Shown in pieces: positions 18,290-27,990 of a DNA stretch of 64,000 nt; position 1 is the stretch's first letter, and each line of letters opens with the position of its first letter. Source of the DNA: Aulosira sp. ZfuVER01 (GTDB taxonomy: Bacteria > Cyanobacteriota > Cyanobacteriia > Cyanobacteriales > Nostocaceae). The position numbers and the translations under genes were made by a program. The notes beneath the pieces are model-generated. The model was not told the DNA's origin and did no database searches. It saw only the letters and a program-made list of their open reading frames with translations. Location: NCBI GenBank assembly GCA_034530615.2, contig JAVRCV020000019.1, forward strand, positions 1-64,000. Direction: 5' to 3'.

Positions 18290-21200
18290 TTACCGATATA
18301 ACCAAACCCGCAGTAGTGAAAGTAATTGCTCTGTATCTACAGGTTTAGTAATATAATCTGAAGCTCCAGCTTCGATACACTTTTCTCTATCCCCTTGCAT
18401 GGCTTTTGCAGTTAAAGCAATTATCGGTAGCGAACAAAATTGCTGTTGTTGACGGATTGCACGAGTTGTTTCATAACCATCCATTTCTGGCATCATCACA
18501 TCCATTAAGATGGCATTTACATCAGGGTTTGCTTGCAATATTTTAATGCCATCTCTACCATTTTCTGCAAATAGTACTTGCATTTGATAGCCTTCTAACA
18601 AGCTGGTAATTGCAAAGATATTGCGTACATCATCATCAATAATTAAAATCTTTTTATGTGCAAGTATTGGGTCAGAGTTACGTAGCTGCTCTAGCATTTG
18701 CCGCTTTGGCTGGGGTAAATTGGCCTGGATGCGATGTAAAAATAAGGCAGTTTCATCGAGTAAACGCTCAGGCGATCGCACATCTTTAATAATTATTGTT
18801 TCTGCTAGGCGTCGCAGTTGAGTTTCTTCTTGACGGGAGAGTTCTTTACCTGTATATACAATGATCGGAATTTTCCGGAAACTGGCTTGTTTTTTAATTT
18901 GCTCAATTAGTTCTAACCCGGTCATATCAGGTAGACCCAAATCCAGCACAATACAATCAATCTGCTGGGATTGCAGTATAGCTAAAGCTGCGGCGGCTGT
19001 ATTTGCTGCGGTACTATGAACATCACCATTGCCGATGAGTTCAATAATACTGGAGGCTTGTACTGGATCATCTTCGATTACCAGCAAATTTCTCACTTGA
19101 CGCTCGATAAAGCCTTTAATATCGCTTAAAGCTGCGGTTAATTGTTCTTTAGAAACAGGCTTTTGCAAGTAGGCGATCGCTCCTAACTCTAAGCCGCGTT
19201 GCTGGCGATCGTCAACAGAAAATATGTGTACTGGAATGTGGCGAGTTTCCGCATCGTGTTTGAGACGGTCTAGCACCATCCAACCATCCATATCTGGCAT
19301 ACAAATATCTAATGTAATCGCATCGGGTTTAAACTGTTTTGCTAGGGCTAAACCTTGTTTAGCTTGTAAAGCGATTAAAACCTTAAACCCTTGTTTTCGT
19401 GACATTTCCAGTAAAATGCGGGCGAATTTTACGTCATCTTCGATCGCTAGCAGCACTCTGTCACCTGGTTGAATAATATCGCGATCGTCTGCGACTTCGG
19501 TTTGAATAGAAGGAGGTGGGTAAATTTTCTTTTGGTCTTCTTTCCTTTTATCCTCAGAAATATTTTCGTCTTTAGCTTCTGGCTTTGTCCAAACTTTCTG
19601 TAAGGGTAAATAAAGAGTAAAAGTACTTCCCTGTCCTGGTTGACTAACTAGTTCAATTCTCCCACCCAAGAGATGCGCCAGTTCGCGGCTAATAGATAAA
19701 CCTAAGCCTGTCCCACCATATTTACGGCTGGTTGTCCCATCTGCTTGTTGGAACGCTTCAAAGATTAGTTGCTGTTTGTCTGTAGGAACGCCAATACCCG
19801 TATCTTTCACCGCAAAAGCAACCGTATCTCCTGCTGTCATGCTAACTTGTAAAGTTACTCCTCCCTGTTCGGTAAACTTAAAGGCGTTTGCCAATAAATT
19901 ATTCAAGATTTGTTGTAAGCGTTTGATATCAGTATTAAAGCTTTTCGGCAATTTCTCATCAATTTCTATATTAAAACTCAGTTCTTTCTCTAGAGCAAGT
20001 TCGCGAAATGTTGATTTTAAATGGCTTTGTAAATCTGTAAAATCAACTTGTTTATTTTCTAAAATAAAAGTACCAGATTCGATTTTAGCTAAATCTAAAA
20101 TTTCATTAATTAATTCTAATAAATCAGTCCCAGCAGCATATATGGTTTGGCTATATTCTATTTGCTTATCTGTTAAATTTCCCTCAGGGTTGTCTGACAT
20201 TAATCTGGCTAAGATTAATAAACTATTCAGCGGTGTCCGCAATTCATGGGACATATTCGCTAAAAATTCAGATTTATATTTAGAAGTTAAAGTTAATTGT
20301 TTAGCTTTCTCTTCTAAAGCTAACCTAGCTTGCTCAATCTGTTGATTTTTCTCCTCAACTTCTCTTTTTTGCACTGCTAGCAATTCTGCTTTTTCTTCCA
20401 ACTCCTCATTTAAAGCTTGTAATTCTTCGTTAGATTGTTGCAATTCTTCCTGTTGTTGTTTCAATAGTAATTGCGATTCTTCCAACTCCTGTGCTTGTTC
20501 TTGTAAAAGTTGATTGCTGTGCTTGAGTTCTTCTTGCTGGTTTTGCAATTCCTCCGTTAATGCTTGAGATTGCTGGAGTAGTTGCTGAGTTAGCGTATCG
20601 GCATTAATCGCATTCAAAGCTACGCCAATTACTTCACTAACTTGCTCCAAAAACACTAACTGTAATTCATTAAATCGCTGAAAGGATGCTAATTCAATTA
20701 CAGCAGTTACCTGCTTTTCAAATAATACAGGTAGGACAACAATATTTAATGGCGGAGCTTCTCCTAAGCCAGAACTAACCCGAATATAATCATTGGGAAC
20801 TTGTGTTAATAAAATTCTCTGCTTTTCTAAAGCACATTGTCCTACCAATCCTTCTCCTAAATGAAATTGATTGGCTAAATTTTTGCGTTCGCTGTAAGCA
20901 TAGCTAGCAAGTAACTTCAATACAGACCGATCTTCTCCGCTATCCATTACATAAAAAACACCATGTTGCGCTCCCACTAAAGGCGCTAACCGCGATAAGA
21001 GTAATTGCGTAACTTTTGCTAAATTTCTGCGTCCTTGGAGAATATTGCTAAACTCAGCTAAATTTGACTTTAACCAATTTTCTTCCCCATTTTTTTGCTG
21101 ATTATCTCTTAAATTAACAATCATTTGATTGAAACTACGTGTTAATATACCTACCTCATCTTGGCGTTCTGTATGTGGTAAGTTGGCTGACAAATCGCCA

Positions 21201-21877
21201 TCAGCAATCTTTTCTGATACACGAGAAATTTCCCTCAGAGGTTTGGAGATATTGCGCGACAGCACATAGCCAATCAAAGCTATCAATATAAAAGATATGG
21301 GAATCCCATAGGTAATAGTAGCGAGAGTTTCTCCGGCTGCGGCTTGTGCTTTGCTAGAACGTTGATTTAATAATTGACGTTCCTGGGTTTTCATCTCCTC
21401 AATAAGATTGCGGATTCTCTCCATTAACCGCTTTCCCTGATTTTGCAGAACTACCTTCTGAGCAGCTTCAAAGCCTTGACTTTGTCGCACGTCAATCACA
21501 CTTTGCATGACATTTACTCTTTCGGTAATTAGCGGCTCTAACATATCAAGCCGACGTTGTTGATGGGAGTCATCGGTGGTTAAAGTGCGCAGTTGTTTGA
21601 TAGGTTGTTCTAGGGATTGTATTGCTGTTTGATAAGGCTCTAAATAAGGTTTTTCTCCTGTAATTATGTAACCCCGCTGTCCAGTTTCGGCTTGTTGAAG
21701 TCTGCTAGTTAGGTCTTCAAGCAGGCCAAGTACCTGGTATGTATGGCTTTCCCAGGATGAAGTTGTAATCAAGTCATTAGTAGTGCGATAGGATACTACA
21801 CCAATCGCGCTTAAAATTGCTAGACCCAGAGCGAAACTAGCTCCGATTTTGCTTCCAATCTTCAAACGCTTTAACAT
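18290..21877 (-). CDS. hybrid sensor kinase CHASE3-HAMP-GAF-coiled coil-HisKA-HATPase-3xREC
   Basis: [12 protein letters not shown] (CHASE3), [11 protein letters not shown] (HAMP), [23 protein letters not shown], three receiver domains. Confidence 0.95.
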   Translation of the reverse strand: MLKRLKIGSKIGASFALGLAILSAIGVVSYRTTNDLITTSSWESHTYQVLGLLEDLTSRLQQAETGQRGYIITGEKPYLEPYQTAIQSLEQPIKQLRTLTTDDSHQQRRLDMLEPLITERVNVMQSVIDVRQSQGFEAAQKVVLQNQGKRLMERIRNLIEEMKTQERQLLNQRSSKAQAAAGETLATITYGIPISFILIALIGYVLSRNISKPLREISRVSEKIADGDLSANLPHTERQDEVGILTRSFNQMIVNLRDNQQKNGEENWLKSNLAEFSNILQGRRNLAKVTQLLLSRLAPLVGAQHGVFYVMDSGEDRSVLKLLASYAYSERKNLANQFHLGEGLVGQCALEKQRILLTQVPNDYIRVSSGLGEAPPLNIVVLPVLFEKQVTAVIELASFQRFNELQLVFLEQVSEVIGVALNAINADTLTQQLLQQSQALTEELQNQQEELKHSNQLLQEQAQELEESQLLLKQQQEELQQSNEELQALNEELEEKAELLAVQKREVEEKNQQIEQARLALEEKAKQLTLTSKYKSEFLANMSHELRTPLNSLLILARLMSDNPEGNLTDKQIEYSQTIYAAGTDLLELINEILDLAKIESGTFILENKQVDFTDLQSHLKSTFRELALEKELSFNIEIDEKLPKSFNTDIKRLQQILNNLLANAFKFTEQGGVTLQVSMTAGDTVAFAVKDTGIGVPTDKQQLIFEAFQQADGTTSRKYGGTGLGLSISRELAHLLGGRIELVSQPGQGSTFTLYLPLQKVWTKPEAKDENISEDKRKEDQKKIYPPPSIQTEVADDRDIIQPGDRVLLAIEDDVKFARILLEMSRKQGFKVLIALQAKQGLALAKQFKPDAITLDICMPDMDGWMVLDRLKHDAETRHIPVHIFSVDDRQQRGLELGAIAYLQKPVSKEQLTAALSDIKGFIERQVRNLLVIEDDPVQASSIIELIGNGDVHSTAANTAAAALAILQSQQIDCIVLDLGLPDMTGLELIEQIKKQASFRKIPIIVYTGKELSRQEETQLRRLAETIIIKDVRSPERLLDETALFLHRIQANLPQPKRQMLEQLRNSDPILAHKKILIIDDDVRNIFAITSLLEGYQMQVLFAENGRDGIKILQANPDVNAILMDVMMPEMDGYETTRAIRQQQQFCSLPIIALTAKAMQGDREKCIEAGASDYITKPVDTEQLLSLLRVWLYR

Positions 21878-22193
21878 TTCCAATGTCAATTTCGACTATA
21901 TCAGTTTTCCAGTATTACTTTTTATGCTTTGTTTCTATAACAAAGACATTACATAATTAGTAACACTATATTTTTTAACAGTTTTTATAATATTTTAACA
22001 GAAAGTAATAACAATGCGATCGCTATGAAGATTCAGCATGACAAATCACTTTATAAAAAATAATATTTAATCGGGAGATTTTGGAAATTAATTCTAGAGA
22101 ATTAACTGATTAATCTCTACATTTCGACTTTCGGTAGATAATGAAATAAATATCTTACACTATAAATTTAAATATACATAAGTTTTATGAAAA

Positions 22194-22421
22194 ATGGTGG
22201 TTGCAATGAGTGCCAGAAATTTGACATTACCTAAATTTTCTCAAGGACAAACAGTAGAATTTATTGGCGGAGAGGGAATGATAGTTAAATGTAGCCCTAA
22301 TTCTCAAACTTGGGCTTATCTTGTAGAAATGCAAATGGGAGAAGAGCCAGAAATGGGTAGGATTGGTTCTGAAACTACTATTTTGTTATTTGAGATGGAT
22401 ATTGCATTGTCAGTAAACTAG
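22194..22421 (+). CDS. small conserved hypothetical protein (SH3/KOW-like beta fold likely)
   Basis: PKFSQGQTVEFIGGEG…W.YLVEM pattern. Confidence 0.7.
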   Translation: MVVAMSARNLTLPKFSQGQTVEFIGGEGMIVKCSPNSQTWAYLVEMQMGEEPEMGRIGSETTILLFEMDIALSVN

Positions 22422-22593
22422 TACCGCTACGCGGGAGTAAAAAAATTATATTCCAGACTGACGCACTGTTTTTAATAGTAGTTTTATCGCAAATTAAAGG
22501 TTTTAAGCACCCTAAGTTTAAACTTGGGATTGGTTTGACTCTAAGCTTAAATTCTCATCCAAAATAGTCTTTAATTTTGAATTTTTAATTATT

Positions 22594-22621
22594 AAAAGCA
22601 GTCTCTAGATAGACTGCTTTT
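22594..22621. terminator. bidirectional terminator-like hairpin
   Basis: AAAAGCAGTCT-ctagat-AGACTGCTTTT between convergent genes. Confidence 0.7.
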
Positions 22622-22636
22622 GTATGTCAGATGATG

Positions 22637-23323
22637 TCATGAAACTTTATTAATAACGTCACTACCAAGTGGATGATAAATATGGAAATCTTCAACTCCA
22701 TTAGCCTGCAAAATAGTTCTTGCGGCTGCAATTTGGATCTCGGTACCACCTAGCACTAAGAGATAACCATCCACAGCTAAAAAACTTTTATAATGTTCGT
22801 TAATATTCTCAGGGATGTTGAATATTATCCAGTCGTCTTTACTAAATACCTTGACTTCCCTAAGAGTCTCATTAAGTAGCATTCCTGGAGCAACCAGAGA
22901 AACTTGATTCATTGGATAACCAGCTATTTTCAATTCAAAAATAGCTCGTTCTATATTTTGGCGATTAAAAAACAAACCAACTGCATTTTTATAGCGACCT
23001 GTAGAAATCGAAGACACTGAAGAAACGGAGCAGCCTTGAATGCTTCCTTGACTGATAATTCTTTCAGCTATGCTGATTTCTTCTGGTGTAGCTTTTACTA
23101 TTACTAAGTAGTAACCTTGGGAAACTAAATCAGTAAAAGCCCTTATATCGTCTTCCGAAATTCCCAACCTTGATAATAAACTACCTAGGCGGCTAGTAAC
23201 GGCACAAACTACAGATACTTTAATCATGGGTAAATTAGCAGCTATTAATTGAAAAACTGCTAATTCTACATCTGAAAATCTGGCAAAAACGCCTACTGCT
23301 ATTTGCTCTTTTGCTAATGTCAT
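22637..23323 (-). CDS. general stress protein 17M-like, two repeats
   Basis: Duplicated AVG(V/L)F…E.A..(Q/E)L..A..PM..VS(V/L)V units. Confidence 0.65.
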   Translation of the reverse strand: MTLAKEQIAVGVFARFSDVELAVFQLIAANLPMIKVSVVCAVTSRLGSLLSRLGISEDDIRAFTDLVSQGYYLVIVKATPEEISIAERIISQGSIQGCSVSSVSSISTGRYKNAVGLFFNRQNIERAIFELKIAGYPMNQVSLVAPGMLLNETLREVKVFSKDDWIIFNIPENINEHYKSFLAVDGYLLVLGGTEIQIAAARTILQANGVEDFHIYHPLGSDVINKVS

Positions 23324-23631
23324 TTTTTTATTATTGCGATGATCGCTAGCTAGATAAATTATCAGTTCTTACCTCTATACGCCGCCTATCTAGAGGTTCA
23401 AAACCCTTCATCTGCGGAAGTAACTGCTAATCTATCTGCTTCTATCTCAAGATTTTGGTTGTGAATCTTGAAGATGAATTGAGTTATGCAAAAACTATGT
23501 ATTCCGAACAATAAAAAAATGATTAACTCTATTCTCAAGATAGAATCTTTTCAAATAAGAAACAGATAATCTATAAACATTGGACGGCTTGATAAGCCTT
23601 AAGTAAATATACAAAATCACAGGAGCATATT

Positions 23632-23814
23632 ATGAGTCTGGAAAATAGAGCTAAAGCTGTTGCTAAAAATATCGAAGGTAAAGTACAAGAAGCCATCGGT
23701 GAAGTTACTGGCAATCCCAACGATAAAGCAGAAGGACAAGCAAAGCAAGCAGAATCTCAAATTCGCCATACAACCGAAAACCTCAAAGATGAAGTTAAAA
23801 AGGCTTTAGACTAA
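23632..23814 (+). CDS. csbD: CsbD family stress protein
   Basis: IEGKVQEAIGEVTGN…AEGQAKQAE; AGGAG RBS. Confidence 0.9.
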   Translation: MSLENRAKAVAKNIEGKVQEAIGEVTGNPNDKAEGQAKQAESQIRHTTENLKDEVKKALD

Positions 23815-23933
23815 TAACTTCAATTTTAGGAAGAAGGGATAGTAAAACATTGATTATTCCTTCTTCAAATAATCATGGTCTTGCTAACAATGCCTCTGGC
23901 TGTGATTGATTACTAACTTCAGGTTAAAAATTG

Positions 23934-24143
23934 ATGATGAATATAGCTTTTAGTTACCTTTTAACACAAACATCTGTCGCAGCAGAAAGTAGTTCTAGTT
24001 ATTCTATTGCTTTGACGACCGTTTTAATTGTAGGTTTTGTTGCAGCTGCAATTATTGGATCTATTGCTTGGTACAATTCTAAACGTCCTGTAGGTTGGGA
24101 AGATAAAGAACGTCCCGATTTTGTTCCTGATGTTGATCAGTAA
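23934..24143 (+). CDS. psb35: photosystem II assembly protein Psb35-like
   Basis: Single TM followed by GSIAWYNSKRPVGWEDKERPDFVP. Confidence 0.65.
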   Translation: MMNIAFSYLLTQTSVAAESSSSYSIALTTVLIVGFVAAAIIGSIAWYNSKRPVGWEDKERPDFVPDVDQ

Positions 24144-24238
24144 TTGAATTTAGTGTCTCCTTTTTTGCCATAGTGTTTATAGTGTTCGCTACTCTCCATA
24201 GCGGACACTACTTTATTGATGTGAGCAATAAATTCATA

Positions 24239-24589
24239 TTATGGTAGTGCAAACCTAACCTTGTTTTCAGTAACAACCACGAATTGCTCAGGTAGTCTAT
24301 CTGCATAATTTTCCAATAATATTTGAAGCTTTTTGATTTTATTTTTAGACCTTTCATTTTCCAATCGCAAAAAAATTACGCCTCTGTGTGAACTACCTTC
24401 TCGAAAGATTTTGTCACCAAAATCTTTATCATTGGTGATTAAAATCCAGTTTTCGACAAACGCTTTTTGTAGCACGTCATCATCGCTTATACCTCGCGCT
24501 TCGTCATACACAGAAAAAACTTCGTAACCTTGGTTATGCAACCAACGAGCAACTATTGACCCCGTACATTCATCTACTAGAAAACGCAT
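24239..24589 (-). CDS. DUF5615 PIN-like toxin
   Basis: MRFLVDE, DDDVL..A..ENWILITNDKDFG, GVIFLR. Confidence 0.9.
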   Translation of the reverse strand: MRFLVDECTGSIVARWLHNQGYEVFSVYDEARGISDDDVLQKAFVENWILITNDKDFGDKIFREGSSHRGVIFLRLENERSKNKIKKLQILLENYADRLPEQFVVVTENKVRFALP

Positions 24590-24838
24590 TTAAGTATTTT
24601 GCACCAATAGCGGCATAAAAGTTGTATTTGATAGCGACTTACTAGCAAACAAAATACATGCTTGAATATCTTCAGGACTCAACCCGTCATACTCTTCAAG
24701 AATTTCTGCGAAACTTGCACCATAAGCAAGCAGGTTAAGAATATACTCGACACTCAAGCGAGTTCCTTTAATTATGGGTTTTCCTGCTAAGACTTTTGGG
24801 TTGAGGACTATACGTTCCAGTAATTGCTGGTCTGTCAT
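24590..24838 (-). CDS. DUF433 antitoxin
   Basis: RIVLNPKVLAGKPIIKGTRLSV…EEY..L..EDIQAC; abuts the toxin gene. Confidence 0.92.
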   Translation of the reverse strand: MTDQQLLERIVLNPKVLAGKPIIKGTRLSVEYILNLLAYGASFAEILEEYDGLSPEDIQACILFASKSLSNTTFMPLLVQNT

Positions 24839-24900
24839 GATTTGGGGTGTGGCGTATCAAGTTGTTTTAATTTTAATTGAATTAACATCGCTATTGACCA

Positions 24901-25123
24901 TCAAAGCTTGATGTCGTCATACAAATGTCTATCTTCTACACTGACAATACGGTTATTTTGCAGATAGCGTTGTATCAAGCCACACCTCTGCACCAATAAA
25001 TTATCCAAGTTGAACTTCTACAGAATTATCGTACTGTCAAGAGATGTTGAAGTAAGGGTTTTGCTATCTGTACTAAAGCTAACGACTACTGACTAAGCAT
25101 GTATGCCATTTAAGAGTTTCCAC
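24901..25123 (-). pseudogene. 3' relic of a WD40-repeat protein
   Basis: ETLKWHTCLVSS-(frameshift)-VSFSTDSKTLTSTSLDSTIIL*KFNLDNLLVQRCGLIQRYLQNN…DRHLYDDIKL*. Confidence 0.75.
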
Positions 25124-25155
25124 TTGAAACTCATCTACCAAATCAAAAGGGACTG

Positions 25156-26241
25156 CTATATGGGTAAACTGATAGTAAATGTACTACCATGTCCGGGTTC
25201 AGACTCTACGTTAATTGAACCTTGATGTGATTCGATAATGCAGCGAGATAGATAAAGTCCTAAACCGCTACCTGAACCTGTATGTTTACCCGGACGAAAC
25301 CGTTCAAATAAAAATCCTTGGTCTTGTTGAGAAATTCCCGGGCCTGTATCTTGAATTTTAATTAGTACATTATTGGCATCTATAGATAACTTTACATCTA
25401 CATAACCTGTTGTTGTAAATTTAATTGCATTTCCTATTATATTGGTTAAAACTCGTCGCAACTCTATGCGATCGCCCATTACCATAGTTACTATCTCTTC
25501 GTCTAGTTCCGCCTTTAAGGCTAAGTTTTTTTCTTCTGCCAGTGGCTTCAATTCTTGAGTAACTTCCCGAACTAATTCTCGAATATCAAAGGAAGAGAAT
25601 TTGAGATTTTTGGAACCAGCTTCATGTCTATAAACTTCTAATAAGGTATTTACCATTTCTAGCAGATCTTGATTGCTGCCAATCATAGTATGAATAACTT
25701 GGTCAAATTCTGGTGTAACGTAGCAAAATATACCTTCTCGCATTAATTTTAATACCCTATTTGCAGCCGCTAAAGGTGTGCGTAAATCGTGAGTAAACCG
25801 CGAAACAAAATCTTCTCGCAAATTAGTCATGTGGTCGCGTTCATCTATAGTATGCTTTAAACGCAAAAGAGAACGAACTCTTGCATTTAGCTCATCTGGA
25901 TCAAATGGTTTACGAATAAAATCATCAGCACCTGCATCTAGTCCTTCCACAACACTAGAGTAAATGTGAGCAGTAATTAATAAGATGGGAATGTATGGCA
26001 AAGTTTGATTTTGGCGAATGCGGCGAGTGAATTCATAGCCATCTAATTCAGGCATCATAATATCAAGCAGTATTATGTCTGGTGGCGACTGCTCAACTAT
26101 AGCCAAAGCAGTTTTACTATCTTGCGCCAAAATAATTTCGTAGTTATCTTCTTGTAAAACTGTTTCTAAGAGTATTAAATTGTCATACACATCATCGACA
26201 ACCAAGACATGATCTTTTTTCACAGGATTTTTAAGTGACAT
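25156..26241 (-). CDS. hybrid REC-histidine kinase
   Basis: VLVVDD, LDIMMP, THDLRTPL, GNAIKFT, GSGLGL. Confidence 0.95.
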   Translation of the reverse strand: MSLKNPVKKDHVLVVDDVYDNLILLETVLQEDNYEIILAQDSKTALAIVEQSPPDIILLDIMMPELDGYEFTRRIRQNQTLPYIPILLITAHIYSSVVEGLDAGADDFIRKPFDPDELNARVRSLLRLKHTIDERDHMTNLREDFVSRFTHDLRTPLAAANRVLKLMREGIFCYVTPEFDQVIHTMIGSNQDLLEMVNTLLEVYRHEAGSKNLKFSSFDIRELVREVTQELKPLAEEKNLALKAELDEEIVTMVMGDRIELRRVLTNIIGNAIKFTTTGYVDVKLSIDANNVLIKIQDTGPGISQQDQGFLFERFRPGKHTGSGSGLGLYLSRCIIESHQGSINVESEPGHGSTFTISLPI

Positions 26242-26544
26242 GGCTAATTAAAAAATAACTGTTTAAGTGTGCTAACTTCAATTCACAATTCTCGGAATTT
26301 AAATTTTATGAGACTATGTTCTACAATTAATTATATTCAACAAAAAATCTGTCTATTGATAGATGCACAAAAATAATTTGGTAATAGTTTCAGCTTTTTG
26401 TGTTTCTGCTGGAGGTTTTACGACTTTAGTTAGATGTATTTTTCATAAAATTACTATCATCTCCCTTTTGAGATAAACTTCAAAGTAAGATAGCAAAGTT
26501 ATTTTATTCTGTACTTTAGATAATCCTGGGTAGAGGTAACAGCC

Positions 26545-27258
26545 ATGAGTGAGATTAAGGTCGTTGTGATTGAAGACCACAACCTTACTAGAATAGGCTT
26601 ACGGGCTGCTTTACAAGCTGAGACAGACCTTAAAATTATTGGTGAGGCTGCTAACGCGACGGATGGATTGCAACTGCTGTTGCAGCTAAAGCCAGATGTT
26701 GCCACTATTGACATTGGTTTGCCGGATATGGATGGCATCGAATTGACGCGCAGATATCGGCAACACCAACAGGAGAATCAAGACTTAACAACAAAAATTT
26801 TGATTCTCACAATGCAAAACAGCGAGGAAGCTGTATTGGCTGCTTTTGGGGCGGGGGCGGATTCTTACTGCATGAAGGATATTGAGAGCGATCGCTTAGT
26901 AGATGCAGTCAAAACAACTTATACTGGTAGTCCCTGGATTGACCCAGCAATCGCAGATGTCGTACTCAAGCAAGTACGGCAAGATAATGTCACCGCCGGA
27001 ACCAGTGGAAAAAGAGTAATGATTGATGGTATTGACTCAGAACTGGAGAAAACTATCGAAACTTCTCCCTTAACTCAACGCGAAACAGAAGTGTTGGAGT
27101 TAATTGTTGCTGGATGCGATAACGCAGAAATTGCTAACAAACTTTATCTAACTGTCGGTACTGTTAAAACTCACGTTCGGGGTATTTTGAGCAAACTCTG
27201 TGTTGCTGACAGAACCCAAGCTGCTGTTAGGGCTTTGCGTGCTGGTTTGGTGCATTGA
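26545..27258 (+). CDS. NarL/LuxR family response regulator (OrrA-like paralogue 2)
   Basis: IEDHNLTRIG…VLAAFGAGADSY…WIDPAIA…TVKTHVR; close paralogue of 12987-13706. Confidence 0.93.
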   Translation: MSEIKVVVIEDHNLTRIGLRAALQAETDLKIIGEAANATDGLQLLLQLKPDVATIDIGLPDMDGIELTRRYRQHQQENQDLTTKILILTMQNSEEAVLAAFGAGADSYCMKDIESDRLVDAVKTTYTGSPWIDPAIADVVLKQVRQDNVTAGTSGKRVMIDGIDSELEKTIETSPLTQRETEVLELIVAGCDNAEIANKLYLTVGTVKTHVRGILSKLCVADRTQAAVRALRAGLVH

Positions 27259-27276
27259 AGCTTAATAATCAGTCAC

Positions 27277-27366
27277 ACCGCTTCTCCTGCAAAGACGCTG
27301 CGCGTAGCTTGCTTCCCCGCAGGGGTACGCTGTGAATTCAAAATCCAAAATCCAAAATCCAGAATT
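27277..27366. repeat. nested small dispersed repeats plus AAAATCC heptamers
   Basis: GC-rich TAGCTTGCTTCCCCGCAGGGGTACGC hairpin unit followed by (AAAATCC)3. Confidence 0.6.
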
Positions 27367-27447
27367 AATCTGACACGGAGAGTAGCTTGACATCTCTTCT
27401 CCATGTCCTCATATTAAATTCATTGGCTAGATGCCCCTGTAGGTGGC

Positions 27448-27852
27448 TTAGATTTCGTTGGCTGGCTTAACCAAATTTAAATCATAAGGACGCTCAGTAT
27501 CATCCTCACCTAAATACTCGCCATTTTGAATTTCCAAAATCACCAGTGGAATCGAACCGGGATTTTCTACTTTATGTAGGGTTGCGGCGGGAACATAAGT
27601 AGACTCGTTGCGATTCAATAATATTTCCTTGTCACCACAAGTTACCTTAGCAACACCCGAAACTACAACCCAATGTTCATTGCGATGATAATGGATTTGG
27701 GGTTTGATGCCGTGCCGGGGCTTGATTTCTACACGACTAATTCTATAGTTTTCGCCCTCTTCTACAAGCTCTACGTTCCCCCAGTATCGTGTACCAGAAT
27801 GAGCAGAGGATGGAGGATTGTTTGATTGCTCGTGGTTCTCGTGCTCTGTCAT
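27448..27852 (-). CDS. cupin, phosphomannose isomerase type II C-terminal-like
   Basis: RYWG, QIHYHRNEHWVVVSG, HKVENPG, EIQNGEYLGEDD. Confidence 0.9.
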   Translation of the reverse strand: MTEHENHEQSNNPPSSAHSGTRYWGNVELVEEGENYRISRVEIKPRHGIKPQIHYHRNEHWVVVSGVAKVTCGDKEILLNRNESTYVPAATLHKVENPGSIPLVILEIQNGEYLGEDDTERPYDLNLVKPANEI

Positions 27853-27990
27853 AAATAATTTCTCAACCTGCTATAGCTATATGTTTTGTCAATAATCTAG
27901 CGTAAAACGGTTAAGCTGAGGATAAATGAGAAGGTAGAAGTATGTTAGCGTCTCTAAAACCTTCTGCCTTCTGCCTTTCTTCTGTCACTT

